The notes: generated by a model not told the origin, from the letters alone. A stretch of DNA of 64,000 nt from Promethearchaeota archaeon (GCA_048938855.1 JBHLLT010000009.1:43955-107954); one strand, 5' to 3'. Shown: positions 28,417 through 39,363, counted from the stretch's first letter. Numbers and translations are program-made.

Positions 28417-31308
28417 ATGGAATCAACACAGAAAAATTATTATAATCTCGAATTAGGACAAATCTATAAAGAACTTGAGACTGACCCTGAAGAGGGATTG
28501 AGTGAAAAGGAAGTTAAAATACGGCAAGAAAAATATGGTTATAATGAGATCCCTAAAGTATCTAAAGGTTTTGTTAAAATATATTTGGCTCCGCTGTTTA
28601 ACTGGCTGATCGTGATATATTTGATTGGTGCTGTTATTTTGTTTTTAGCAGCTGTCTTCGGAGGACAGGGATCTCTAATGTTTATTGGTTTAACATTAGG
28701 GATAGTTTTTCTAAATTGTCTAGTCGCCATTGTTCAACAATATAGAGCAACAAAGAAGCTTAAAGCTTTACGCGAATTAACAGCACCTACATCAACTATT
28801 ATTAGAGATAGTCAAAAACAAGAGATCCCCACTAGAGAAATCGTAAGTGGAGATTTATTAGTTTTAAATCAAGGGGATAAAATTCCCGCTGACTCTCGTA
28901 TAATTGAATCATATAATATGGTAGTGAATGAAGCTTCGTTAACAGGTGAGTCTGAACCAGTAAGAAAATTAGAAAAGGGTGATGCTTTACAAAAGAAAGA
29001 TATTTCTATTGGAGAACGAAGTAATATGGTGTTTTATGGAACCTTTATAAGTCAAGGGAATGGTAAAGCAATTGCTGTAAAAATTGGTGGTGATACCGAA
29101 ATTGGAAAAATTTCTCATGGTTTAGAAGAGGCGGGTACAAGTGAGATTCCAATACGTCAGAAAATGAATCATTTTGGAAAATGGTTAGGATTGACTATTT
29201 TAGTTTTTTGGTTTATAACATTAATAATTTTATGGGTAGCAAGAGGATCTGCTGATATTGTAGGAAGTATGAATTCTGCCCTAGATCTAATGCCTCTTAA
29301 CATTCCGTTATTATCAACTATTATTTTGATTACAGGGGTTTTAGCTATGGCACGGTATGGTGTTATTATACGAAATCTTGCTTCTGTTGATAGTTTAGGA
29401 CGAGTAAGTGTGGTTTGTTCCGATAAAACCGGTACATTAACCAAAAACCAGATGTCAATACAACATGTCTGGACAAATGGTTCTATTTTTAGAGTAACTG
29501 GAAGCGGTTATACTCCCGAAGGGGATATAATTCTTATGGATAACCCCAAAAACCCCACATATATTAAACATATCGATGAATATCAATACTTGAAGTTATT
29601 ATTAACTGCGGGTTTTCTGAACAATAATTCAGCATTAATAAAAAATGAATTAGAGGTTGGGGGTAAAATAATTCCAAAATGGGATGTTATTGGTTCTCCT
29701 ACAGAAGGAGCTCTAATGGTTTTATTTCAAAAAGGTATGGGTGATTACCTTCTCGATGATTTTGAAGCAATTACAGAATACCCTTTTGATTCAACAGTTA
29801 AGAGAATGACCAAATTATACAAACGAGGACTTGAATATTATTCGTTTACTAAAGGTGCTAGTGAAATTCTGATTCCACTTTGTACAAAAATAATTTATAA
29901 TGATGCTGAAATCGAATTCAGTCAGGAAATTAAAAATAAGGTAATGGAAATTGTAAATATTTATGCTAATCAGGGCTATCGAATATTAAGCCTTTGTTAT
30001 AAAGTAATGGATATAGTACCACCTGAAGGAGATGAGGGAAGAAAATTAAGTGAATCTGATATGGTATACATTGGTTTTGTAACCATTCTTGACCCACCAA
30101 GAGAAGGAGTTAAAGATTCAGTGAAGGAATGCCATGAAGCTGGAGTAGACGTTGTAATGATCACAGGAGATTCTCCTGCTACTGCCCGTGCAATTGCTTC
30201 TCAAATTGATATTATAACTGATGAGAATGAAACAGCTAAAGAGGGTAGAATGGTAAAAGATATTGAAAGTTTTAAAGAATTTAATTCAATTAAAGTATTT
30301 GCGAGAGTCTCGCCAGAACATAAAGAGGATATTGTGGAAAAATATCAAGAAGAAAGAAAAGTGGTTGCCATGACGGGAGATGGAGTAAACGATGCTTTAG
30401 CGCTAAATATGGCTGATGTTGGAATTGCTATGGGTATAACGGGTACTGATGTAGCTAAAGAAGCCTCTGATATGGTTATTTCTGACGATTCTTTTAACTC
30501 AATTGTTACAGGTATTCATCAAGGAAGAGGAATATTTGCTAGAATCCGTGCTATGGTTTTCTTTTATATTTGTATAAATATTTTTGAAGGTTTAGTGCAA
30601 TTCATTTTGTTTGTAATATTGGAATTACCTTATTTCCTAACTACAGAATTTTACCTTCAATGGATATTTCTCACTATAACAGTTCATACATTTCCGGGAT
30701 TAATCCTTACTTTTGACACTACCTCTAAAGATGTAATGAAAGAAAAACCACGAGATTCTGAAGAAATACTCTCAAAAAATACATTCATTCTAATGTTTGT
30801 ATTTGGTGTTTTGATGTCTGTGAGCATGGTATTGGTTTATTTTATAATCTTTAGTGGGTTATATCCAGTTTTTCCTGAAAACTTAGTTCCTGGATACCTC
30901 TATTATGATGGTAGTTTACTACCAACAGAAATTAATGGAGTACCAGTAACTCTACAACAGATTCAAGTTATTGGCAAAACTTTAACAATGTTGATGTGTA
31001 CACTCTTTATCTGTGAATCTACTCTTGTATTTCAGATAAGACGGCCAAATAAATCATTAATTAAGAGTCTAATTGAAGATAGAAATAAATTTATGTTTAT
31101 CCTTATCGGTCTAGTGTTTTTCATCTTTATTGCAGTTTTATATATACCTGGTGTTCAAATTTTCTTAGCACAAGAAATAGGCATAAATTTTATGTTTATG
31201 TATTTAACTGGATTTGATTGGTTAGTGTGTTTCTTAATTTCTTTAATCTGTATTGCGGGTTTTGAGATTGTCAAATTTATTGCTCGTAAGATGGATATCA
31301 AATTTTAA
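28417..31308 (+). CDS. P-type ATPase (tandem paralogue, atypical ion-binding residues)
   Basis: LTGES, CSDKTGT, KGASE, LDPPR, ITGD, TGDGVNDALAL; M4 DLMPLNIP. Confidence 0.95.
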   Translation: MESTQKNYYNLELGQIYKELETDPEEGLSEKEVKIRQEKYGYNEIPKVSKGFVKIYLAPLFNWLIVIYLIGAVILFLAAVFGGQGSLMFIGLTLGIVFLNCLVAIVQQYRATKKLKALRELTAPTSTIIRDSQKQEIPTREIVSGDLLVLNQGDKIPADSRIIESYNMVVNEASLTGESEPVRKLEKGDALQKKDISIGERSNMVFYGTFISQGNGKAIAVKIGGDTEIGKISHGLEEAGTSEIPIRQKMNHFGKWLGLTILVFWFITLIILWVARGSADIVGSMNSALDLMPLNIPLLSTIILITGVLAMARYGVIIRNLASVDSLGRVSVVCSDKTGTLTKNQMSIQHVWTNGSIFRVTGSGYTPEGDIILMDNPKNPTYIKHIDEYQYLKLLLTAGFLNNNSALIKNELEVGGKIIPKWDVIGSPTEGALMVLFQKGMGDYLLDDFEAITEYPFDSTVKRMTKLYKRGLEYYSFTKGASEILIPLCTKIIYNDAEIEFSQEIKNKVMEIVNIYANQGYRILSLCYKVMDIVPPEGDEGRKLSESDMVYIGFVTILDPPREGVKDSVKECHEAGVDVVMITGDSPATARAIASQIDIITDENETAKEGRMVKDIESFKEFNSIKVFARVSPEHKEDIVEKYQEERKVVAMTGDGVNDALALNMADVGIAMGITGTDVAKEASDMVISDDSFNSIVTGIHQGRGIFARIRAMVFFYICINIFEGLVQFILFVILELPYFLTTEFYLQWIFLTITVHTFPGLILTFDTTSKDVMKEKPRDSEEILSKNTFILMFVFGVLMSVSMVLVYFIIFSGLYPVFPENLVPGYLYYDGSLLPTEINGVPVTLQQIQVIGKTLTMLMCTLFICESTLVFQIRRPNKSLIKSLIEDRNKFMFILIGLVFFIFIAVLYIPGVQIFLAQEIGINFMFMYLTGFDWLVCFLISLICIAGFEIVKFIARKMDIKF

Positions 31309-31387
31309 AATTCTCATAATTTATTTTCTTCTCTTAAATTTTGTAATTATACATAATTTTTTATTTAAATATTAATTAACTCATTCT

Positions 31388-31936
31388 ATGTTAGAGGGTA
31401 AGAGAGTCAGACTAGGTCCTATTAAAAGAGAATACATAGATTCCTTTCTCAAATGGTTTAATGATCCTGAGATAACTCAATATCTAGCGGCCTATCTGCC
31501 AATGACTCGAATGGCTGAAGAAGCATGGATGGAGAATCTAAAAGATCGCGATAATACAATTCGGTTCTCTATAGTACTTCCTCAAGAAGATGGATCCGAA
31601 AAACTAATTGGTAATTGTGGAATCCATAATATTGACTGGAAAAATCGAGTTGCTGAAGTAGGAATAGTTATCGGAGATAAAGAATATCAGAATAAAGGAC
31701 TTGGAACTGAAGCAATGGAACTTTTGTTAGAATATGCTTTTAATACTGTAAATTTACACAGAATCGAATTATTTACCTATGAATATAATATAGGCGCTCT
31801 AAAAAGTTATAATAAAGTTGGATTCGTTGAAGAGGGAAGAAGAAGGCAATTTATGTATTTTAAAGGGAAATATTATGATGCAATCTTGATGGGTATTTTA
31901 GCAGAAGAATGGAATGATAAAAAAAATAAGGATTAA
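31388..31936 (+). CDS. RimJ/RimL-type GNAT acetyltransferase
   Basis: IDWKNRVAEVGIVIG, YQNKGLGTEA, LHRIEL, KVGFVEEG. Confidence 0.9.
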   Translation: MLEGKRVRLGPIKREYIDSFLKWFNDPEITQYLAAYLPMTRMAEEAWMENLKDRDNTIRFSIVLPQEDGSEKLIGNCGIHNIDWKNRVAEVGIVIGDKEYQNKGLGTEAMELLLEYAFNTVNLHRIELFTYEYNIGALKSYNKVGFVEEGRRRQFMYFKGKYYDAILMGILAEEWNDKKNKD

Positions 31937-31939
31937 TAT

Positions 31940-33022
31940 TTATTTATCCAATTCTTTAAAATAGGGGATAATCTTATCTCGAAAGATTTCATAAACTTGA
32001 TTAACATCAGGTCCTCGATTCATAAGTATCATTGATGTTGCCCCTGCTTCTTTATATTTTTCTATACTTGATATAACATCATCAGTAGAACCCAAACAAT
32101 TGGTATCTTCGAGTACAGTCTCAGGAAGATTATCCACGCATGATAATTGTTCATTAGCATCTTTTACTTGCATATCAAAATTATGAATTGTATAATCAGT
32201 TGGAAGACATAGGTCAGGATAAATTTGATTAGTTTTTGTTGGATTCAGTACATAAGTCGCTCTAAAAAACTCACAACGCTTAACAGCATTTCCTGGATTA
32301 TCATCATCAATAGCTACAAAACAATTATAAGTATAATCAATTTCTTCTGGATTACGACCGGCATTTTTTGCAGCTTCAACGATTTCTCTCTTGTTTTCTC
32401 TAAAAGATTCTGGAGATTCTACAAAAGGATACCATCCATCACCTAATTCTCCTGTCATTTTTCGTGTTTTGGTACCATTTGCAGCTATATATATGGGAGG
32501 TGTTTTTTGAATCGGCTTAACTTGGATATAAGCCCTATTAATATTACCCCAAAAATCACTTTTTTTACTTACTTTACGTTTTGTCCAAAAATCTCTTAAT
32601 AACTCAATATATTCTCTTAATTTTAATATAGATCTGTCGCGATTTAATCCATACATATCAACATTCATTTTTTCACCAGCACCTAACCCTATCATCGCTC
32701 GTCCATTCGAGATTTGATCTAAAGTAGCTACCTTTTGAGCCATTAATGCAGGATGAAACCGGTGAGGATCTGAAACACCTGTACATAACTTAGCGTTATT
32801 AGTGACCATCGCTATTGATGTGAGAAACATAAATGCGTCATAACAAGTTCCAGGTCCTGGAGGTAGCATTACAGTATGATCAGCATAAAAAACGTATTCA
32901 AAACCGCATTTCTCTGCCTTTTTAGCTCCATCATACATATAATCAAGCCGAGGAGTAGGAACTGGGATTGAAAATCCAAACTTCATAATAACAAAAATCA
33001 TTTGAATCTTAAAAACTTCCAT
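31940..33022 (-). CDS. LLM-class (likely F420-dependent) oxidoreductase
   Basis: YADH, RFHPALMAQKVATLDQISNGRAMIGLGAGE, IYIAANG, GELGDGW. Confidence 0.88.
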   Translation of the reverse strand: MEVFKIQMIFVIMKFGFSIPVPTPRLDYMYDGAKKAEKCGFEYVFYADHTVMLPPGPGTCYDAFMFLTSIAMVTNNAKLCTGVSDPHRFHPALMAQKVATLDQISNGRAMIGLGAGEKMNVDMYGLNRDRSILKLREYIELLRDFWTKRKVSKKSDFWGNINRAYIQVKPIQKTPPIYIAANGTKTRKMTGELGDGWYPFVESPESFRENKREIVEAAKNAGRNPEEIDYTYNCFVAIDDDNPGNAVKRCEFFRATYVLNPTKTNQIYPDLCLPTDYTIHNFDMQVKDANEQLSCVDNLPETVLEDTNCLGSTDDVISSIEKYKEAGATSMILMNRGPDVNQVYEIFRDKIIPYFKELDK

Positions 33023-33121
33023 ATTCTCCTTTAATTTCAGTTAGTTTACAAACTAAAAGAATAAGCTATAAATTATTTTTAGATGATATATTTTTAGAAT
33101 TAAATTTTAGAAAGTGATTTT

Positions 33122-34252
33122 ATGGATATTAGTGATATAAAAATCGGTACGGAAGGGAGTTTTATCGGTCCATTTGAAAATGGAATTGCTCAAGTCAAGA
33201 GGATAGAAGAAAATGGGTACGATTCGGTATGGTTTGCAGACCATTTAATGGGCTGGACACCAGAAAGTATATGGACCCCGGATATTCTAAGAGCTGCTGA
33301 ATTCATACATAGTCCACACATATTTCAAGAAGTTTATTCTGTTATGGCTGTAGCCGCTTGGAATACAAATATGATAAAATTAGGAACAAGTGTAACTGAA
33401 ACATTTCGAAGACATCCTGCTGTTTTAGCGCAAACCCTATTAACTCAAGATCATATCTCCAAGGGCAGAGTTATATTGGGTATTGGAACAGGAGAAGGTG
33501 AAAATGTAATACCTTATGGGATTAAATGGGAGAATCCGGTTGGTAGATTAGAAGAATCTATTAATGTTATTAAGTTATTATGGGAGAGCGATAAGAAAGT
33601 AAATTTTGATGGAAAATTCTGGAATTTAAAAAATGCGGTTCTTACTTTAAAACCGTTCAAAAAAGGAAAATATCCTCCAATTTGGATCGCTGCACATGGG
33701 CCCAAGATGCTTGATTTAACAGGAAGATTAGGGGATGGTTGGTTTCCTGCTTATTCTGATCCTGAATCATATAAATATAGACTAGACCAAATCAAAAAAT
33801 CAGCTAAAAAAGCAAATAGAGATCCTGAGAAAATAGTTCCAGCACTTTTTAGTTATCTTTTAATTGATGAAGAACATAACGTTTGCGATGATATGCTTGA
33901 ACACCCTGTAATAAAAAATCAATTCTTAACAATGCCTCCATCCATGTATAAAAAATATGATGCTATTCATCCTTTTGGAGAAGATTTTTATGGATTACTC
34001 GAATACATTCCCTCTGAATATGATAAAGAAACAATATTAGAAGCTATAAACAAGATCCCTACAAAGATGTGCGATGATAATACTTTACATGGAACCCCTG
34101 ATGAGGTTATTAGCAGAATTGAAGAATATGCTAAAGTGGGTTTAAAACATATTGTAATTTATAATACAACATATTTAGCAGATATTACTAAAATAAAAAG
34201 TTCCTTTGGCTTAATGAAAAAAGTATTACAATATTTTCACGATGAGAAATAG
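33122..34252 (+). CDS. LLM-class (likely F420-dependent) oxidoreductase
   Basis: WFADH, RRHPAVLAQ, GRVILGIGTGE, IWIAAHGP, GRLGDGW. Confidence 0.88.
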   Translation: MDISDIKIGTEGSFIGPFENGIAQVKRIEENGYDSVWFADHLMGWTPESIWTPDILRAAEFIHSPHIFQEVYSVMAVAAWNTNMIKLGTSVTETFRRHPAVLAQTLLTQDHISKGRVILGIGTGEGENVIPYGIKWENPVGRLEESINVIKLLWESDKKVNFDGKFWNLKNAVLTLKPFKKGKYPPIWIAAHGPKMLDLTGRLGDGWFPAYSDPESYKYRLDQIKKSAKKANRDPEKIVPALFSYLLIDEEHNVCDDMLEHPVIKNQFLTMPPSMYKKYDAIHPFGEDFYGLLEYIPSEYDKETILEAINKIPTKMCDDNTLHGTPDEVISRIEEYAKVGLKHIVIYNTTYLADITKIKSSFGLMKKVLQYFHDEK

Positions 34253-34258
34253 AAAGGA

Positions 34259-35104
34259 TTGATGGATTTGTACATTGATTGTCATGCCCACCTATTTTTT
34301 AGCCCGATTCCTAAAGAAGCTATAGATAAAGATATTGAAGGTGAAATACCAGAACCTACTATAGAATTTATAAATAGAATGATATCTAGTGCAAAAGAAA
34401 AAGAAGTAAGCCATATTGTTGGAGTTATTAGTAATCCAGATGATTTTCCAAGATATAAGGAACAGTTGGAGTTTGAAAATGTTGTTAATGTTATTGGAAT
34501 CTCAAGAAATCATTCGCTTGAAAACCATTCTTTTCTAATTTCTCAATTAAAAAAAGAAATTGAAAGAAAAATACCTCATGGAATAGGAGAGATTGGTTTA
34601 GATTATTCTTATGGTTTTGATAAGTTAAATGAGGACGAAAAGATTAATATTAGGAAAAAGCAGCAGGAATTATTTAGAAGACAAATACAACTTGCTAAAG
34701 AAATTGATATACCAGTTGTTGTTCATGCGGGATATGGTACAGATAAAGATATTGTGAAAATCTTAAAACAAGAGAAAGCTCATAATATAGGAGGTCAAAT
34801 ACATGGATATATGTCTAAAGAGAATTTAGTTTCTGAACTCCTTGAAGAGGGTTACTATTTTTCTTTTGGCTATATCCATTCAAGAGAAGAGGAATTGAAA
34901 AGAATTATTGAAATAACTCCCCCAGAAAAGATGCTTATTGAAACTGATTCTCCATATCATCTAATGGAATACCCTAAACGTTTTATTCTTCCAGAAAATG
35001 TAATTCTAATAACTAAAGAGATTGCTAAATTTAAGGAAATTAAAACCCAAGACCTTGCTAATCAAGTTATGAAAAACTGTAGAGCACTTTTTAATTTCAA
35101 TTGA
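34259..35104 (+). CDS. TatD-family hydrolase
   Basis: IDCHAH, IGEIGLDY, PVVVH, IH, LIETDSPY. Confidence 0.88.
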   Translation: MMDLYIDCHAHLFFSPIPKEAIDKDIEGEIPEPTIEFINRMISSAKEKEVSHIVGVISNPDDFPRYKEQLEFENVVNVIGISRNHSLENHSFLISQLKKEIERKIPHGIGEIGLDYSYGFDKLNEDEKINIRKKQQELFRRQIQLAKEIDIPVVVHAGYGTDKDIVKILKQEKAHNIGGQIHGYMSKENLVSELLEEGYYFSFGYIHSREEELKRIIEITPPEKMLIETDSPYHLMEYPKRFILPENVILITKEIAKFKEIKTQDLANQVMKNCRALFNFN

Positions 35105-35107
35105 AAT

Positions 35108-35440
35108 TTAGAAAATTTCAGTGTTTTGCAAAAACACATTTTTTATCCTTCTCAACATTGATCCTTCAGCACCATAAGTTACTCCTAATAACCCATGTTT
35201 GCCTCCTGCAACAATAATATCAATTTGATATCGATTTTTATCAATAGGATCAATTATTATTGTTGCTGCTAAATTTGATTCAATTCTAAAGTAAAATCTT
35301 TCAGCGATTAGGATAATTGTCTTTCCCTCATTGGAGTTATATTGATATAAAGTATCAGTCTCTTGATTAATACCCATAATTATGTTATTTAAGTCCACTC
35401 GGTTAATTTTAAATCTATCACTTTCCATTTTTAAACTCAA
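35108..35440 (-). CDS. Hypothetical protein (DUF6054-like)
   Basis: ERFYFRIESNLAATIII...IIVAGG pattern. Confidence 0.55.
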   Translation of the reverse strand: MSLKMESDRFKINRVDLNNIIMGINQETDTLYQYNSNEGKTIILIAERFYFRIESNLAATIIIDPIDKNRYQIDIIVAGGKHGLLGVTYGAEGSMLRRIKNVFLQNTEIF

Positions 35441-35541
35441 TTTAATTGTTTAAGCCCTTTGGTTAAAATATAATGTTTTGCAATTAAAAATTTAATGGTT
35501 GTTTGATAGGACAGATTCAGAATTAAATAATAAAAAAAAAT

Positions 35542-36312
35542 CTATTTAAATCCCTGACAGAAAGAATCTACATTTTTAGGTAATACTGAATGATTGTATC
35601 CTCCCTCCAGTAATGCATAACGTCTTCCTTTACATAATTTTTCTGAATATTCCTTCATTAATTTGCCTAATTCTGTATAATCTTCTGGATATAAGAGATG
35701 ACCCCAATCATCGATACCTTGATCAAATCCTGCGCTTGCTACAAAAATATCAATCTCCCCTAAATTTTTCATATATGATTTAACTTCTTTAATATAACCA
35801 GTTCTGCCACTAGAATCAGGATTAAGAATTTTTACTTTGAAGTTATCATTTCTATTTGTTAAAATGTTTATATTACCGTCACCCGTGTGAAGGTCAAAAT
35901 CCAAGATAAACGCAGAATCAATTTTTTTTTCAGAATAGAGCTTTAAAAGACTGATACTAATATTATTGAAATAACAGAATCCCCAACAAGAATCAGCTGA
36001 AGCATGATGACCTGGAGGTCTTATTACAGCAAATGTAGGATTAGCTTTAAATCCTTCTTCAGCAGCCATTATTGCACCTCCAGCTGCTAATGAGGCTAAT
36101 TCATATAGTAAAGAATTACTTTTTATATTTTGAAGGTGCCTTTTGGTGTGAGCTCTTAGAATATCCTCATCCGTTGCCGGATTAGGGGTAATAATTTCAT
36201 ATTCTTTTTTTTCTGAAATTACTTTCATAATACCTTCTAAACGTCCTACTGCCGCAGCTGGATCCCATGCATACTCAGAATTGTAATATTTCTCATGAAA
36301 TACGATTTTCAT
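35542..36312 (-). CDS. Histone deacetylase (Zn-dependent HDAC/AcuC) family protein
   Basis: RPPGHHA, GFCYFNN, DFDLHTGDG, SAGFD, LEGGY. Confidence 0.92.
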   Translation of the reverse strand: MKIVFHEKYYNSEYAWDPAAAVGRLEGIMKVISEKKEYEIITPNPATDEDILRAHTKRHLQNIKSNSLLYELASLAAGGAIMAAEEGFKANPTFAVIRPPGHHASADSCWGFCYFNNISISLLKLYSEKKIDSAFILDFDLHTGDGNINILTNRNDNFKVKILNPDSSGRTGYIKEVKSYMKNLGEIDIFVASAGFDQGIDDWGHLLYPEDYTELGKLMKEYSEKLCKGRRYALLEGGYNHSVLPKNVDSFCQGFK

Positions 36313-36400
36313 TGTTTTTTCACCATTATTTAATTACATTTAAAAAACCATATGATGAATATTATTTTAATCATTTTAATAGATTTATTGACTCTTATCA

Positions 36401-37504
36401 TTGAGTAAGAAAATGTCTAATGAAAATGAAATATTTCGTAATTTACAGATACATTTAGATCAATTTCCTATAGGATTACCTGCAACTCCGACTGGAATTG
36501 AAATAAAAGTTCTAAAACATCTCTTTACAGATGAAGAAGCATTTATTGCAACAAAATTAACTTGGGAATATGATCCTCTCGAAAAAATCTATAAGCGTTT
36601 AGAAGGAGAAAATTTCTCTCCGGAATCTTTAGAACTTTTACTTGATACTATGATTAAAAAAGGAACTATAAAATACAAGAAAGTGAAGAGTAAAAAGCTG
36701 TATGCAAATCTTCCACTTGTGGTCGGAATTTTTGAATATCAGGTAAATAAGCTCACAAAGGAGTTTTTTGAGGATTTTGATGAATATTTGATAACTGCAT
36801 TTGGAGCAGAATTATTAGGTACCAAAATTTCTCAATTTCGAACCATTCCAGTAGATAAAAGTGTTACTTCTGATACTGTTATTTCAAATTATGATGAGAT
36901 AAGGAAAGTGATTCAAAATTCTGAGGAACCAATAACTGTGACAAATTGTGTTTGTCGTCAGAGTCAAGACCTGTATGATAAGCATTGTAAACAAACTACT
37001 CTTAGAGAGACTTGTTTCTATTTTGGAACCACGGGACAATTATTCCTAGATCAAGGATGGGCGCGCCAAATTAGTAGAGATGAAGCTTTTGAAATATTAT
37101 ATCAAGCTGAAATAGATGGATTAGTTTTACAATCTGGAAATACCGAGCAACCAGAATTTATTTGTAGTTGTTGTGGCTGTTGTTGTGCTATTCTCACTAA
37201 ATTACAGAAGCTTCCAAGGCCCTCGAGAGTAATATCCGCTAATTTTCATGCCAACATTAATGCTGATTTATGTGCTGGTTGTGGGACGTGTGTCGATCGA
37301 TGCCAAGTAAATGCAATAAAAATAACTGACAATAAATCAAAAGTTATATTAAAAAGATGTATTGGATGTGGTGTGTGTATTCCATCTTGTCCTGAGGGAG
37401 CAATTCAACTTATAAGGAATGCAAATGAAACAATCCCACCATCTTCAAAACAGCATTTATATTCTCAAATTATGGCAAAAAAGCAAGAATTAAGAAAAAA
37501 ATAG
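36401..37504 (+). CDS. 4Fe-4S dicluster-domain protein (paralogue of 21287..22420)
   Basis: CVCRQ, ICSCCGCCC, CAGCGTCVDRC, CIGCGVCIPSCP. Confidence 0.85.
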   Translation: MSKKMSNENEIFRNLQIHLDQFPIGLPATPTGIEIKVLKHLFTDEEAFIATKLTWEYDPLEKIYKRLEGENFSPESLELLLDTMIKKGTIKYKKVKSKKLYANLPLVVGIFEYQVNKLTKEFFEDFDEYLITAFGAELLGTKISQFRTIPVDKSVTSDTVISNYDEIRKVIQNSEEPITVTNCVCRQSQDLYDKHCKQTTLRETCFYFGTTGQLFLDQGWARQISRDEAFEILYQAEIDGLVLQSGNTEQPEFICSCCGCCCAILTKLQKLPRPSRVISANFHANINADLCAGCGTCVDRCQVNAIKITDNKSKVILKRCIGCGVCIPSCPEGAIQLIRNANETIPPSSKQHLYSQIMAKKQELRKK

Positions 37505-37538
37505 TGAATAGAAAATGATTAATACATCATTTTAAGAA

Positions 37539-38372
37539 TTATTTGGATCCATAAGCGAATATAACGGATTTCTGAAAAGTGTATCCTCCTTTATTTTTAA
37601 AATTTGACAGTCCTTGTGGTAACATATTGTTTTTAAGATCAATAAGTTTATTTGAATCGTTATTTAAGGTATATCTCATTATCCAAGCAACATATTTCAT
37701 GATATCCCACCACTCCTCCATTGATGAATATACAATATTAAAATCCTTTTTAGAAACTTTAATATTTTTAAAGCCTGCATCTCCCATAATCATATTAAAA
37801 CCATCGATTGATTCCTTACTATAACTAATAGATAAATTTTCGATTTGATTTTTTGTTTTTAAATTTTTTAATTTGAGATATTTTTGTAATAAGGCTCTAG
37901 CGGTTTCAATATCTTGTTGTAATGCCCAGGTACTAAAAGCGGCTTCTCCCGCTGGTTTTAGCACTCTGAAAATTTCTTTCATTTTTGCATTATTAATAAG
38001 TTTGTTTGTTTCAAAATCATAAGAATCACCAAACCCAATAAATCCGCATAAAACATTATCAAAGCTATTATCATCAAACTTTAGATCACTAGCTTCCATA
38101 ATATGAAATTGTACATCTCTCGCATGGATATTTTTAAAATTATCACGTGCTTGAGAAATTTTAGTAGCATTCTGATCAATCCCAACTAAATGACAATTCC
38201 CTTCTAATTTATCAGTAGCGGCAACTAAACAAGCTCCGCTTCCTGTCCCTACATCTAGAATCTTTCCATTAAATTTTAGATTTGCAAATTTAACTAATTC
38301 TTTGGCAAAATCTGACCAATAATCTAAACTTATATTTGGTAGATTGTTAGTAGGATTATCCATTGATTTCAC
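37539..38372 (-). CDS. Class I SAM-dependent methyltransferase
   Basis: ILDVGTGSG, LKFDDNSFD, EIFRVLKPAG. Confidence 0.88.
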   Translation of the reverse strand: MKSMDNPTNNLPNISLDYWSDFAKELVKFANLKFNGKILDVGTGSGACLVAATDKLEGNCHLVGIDQNATKISQARDNFKNIHARDVQFHIMEASDLKFDDNSFDNVLCGFIGFGDSYDFETNKLINNAKMKEIFRVLKPAGEAAFSTWALQQDIETARALLQKYLKLKNLKTKNQIENLSISYSKESIDGFNMIMGDAGFKNIKVSKKDFNIVYSSMEEWWDIMKYVAWIMRYTLNNDSNKLIDLKNNMLPQGLSNFKNKGGYTFQKSVIFAYGSK

Positions 38373-38409
38373 CTTTTCTTATAATTTGTAAAATAAAATC
38401 AAAAAAAAG

Positions 38410-39363
38410 TTATTTAAGCCGTTTGGTTAAGATTTCTATCATATCTTTCGTCATAGAAGCTAGATCATAGGAAGGATTCCAATTCCATTCTTCTCGTGCT
38501 AAAGAGTCATCTATTGATTTTGGCCAGGAATTAGCAATTTCTTGCCTAAAATCAGGGACATATTCGATTTGAAAGTCTGGAATGTGTTTTTTAATCTCAG
38601 TAGCTATTTCTCCAGCGGAAAAACTCATGCCAGTAATATTATACACTCGGCGTTTTAATTTTGAATCATCTGCTTCTAAAATATCGATCATGCACTTAAG
38701 ACAATCAGGCATATACATCATTGGTAATACTGTATCTTCTCTCAGAAAGCATGTGTATTTTTTATTCTTTATGGCTTCATAGAAAATTTCGACAGCATAG
38801 TCAGTAGTCCCCCCTCCAGGAAGAGTTTCACTACTTATTATTCCCGGGAGCCGCATTGATCGAATATCAAGGCTATATTTTTTGTAATAGTATTCTGCTA
38901 AGAGTTCTCCCGCAACTTTGGTAATTCCATACATTGTGGTTGGTTGTAATACTGTTATGTTAGGCGTATTATCTCGCGGAGTTGTAGGGCCAAATGCGGC
39001 AATGGAGCTAGGCCAAATTACATTTTTAATGTTATATTTTCTGCTAGCTTCAAGGACATTGATTAAACCATTTATATTTATATCCCACGCAGTTTGAGGC
39101 ATTTTTTCCCCTGTGGCAGAGAGAATTGAAGCCATATGAAAAACTGTATCTATTTCGTATTCATAAAAAACTTTAGATAGACTCTTAGCTTCCAAGGCAT
39201 CAAGATAAATTACTGGCCCTGAATTTTTTATTACTTCTGGAAGAGGAGTTTTTCTTCCTGTAGCGATTACATTATCGTTTCCATATTTTTCCCTCATAAA
39301 GGGTACTAATTCACTCCCAATTTGTCCCGCTGATCCGATCACAAGGATTTTTCTTTTAATCAT
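38410..39363 (-). CDS. L-threonine 3-dehydrogenase (SDR/epimerase type)
   Basis: GSAGQIG, LSATGE, PSSIAAFG, YGITK, PGGGTTDYA, LPMMYMPD; divergent from kbl. Confidence 0.9.
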   Translation of the reverse strand: MIKRKILVIGSAGQIGSELVPFMREKYGNDNVIATGRKTPLPEVIKNSGPVIYLDALEAKSLSKVFYEYEIDTVFHMASILSATGEKMPQTAWDININGLINVLEASRKYNIKNVIWPSSIAAFGPTTPRDNTPNITVLQPTTMYGITKVAGELLAEYYYKKYSLDIRSMRLPGIISSETLPGGGTTDYAVEIFYEAIKNKKYTCFLREDTVLPMMYMPDCLKCMIDILEADDSKLKRRVYNITGMSFSAGEIATEIKKHIPDFQIEYVPDFRQEIANSWPKSIDDSLAREEWNWNPSYDLASMTKDMIEILTKRLK

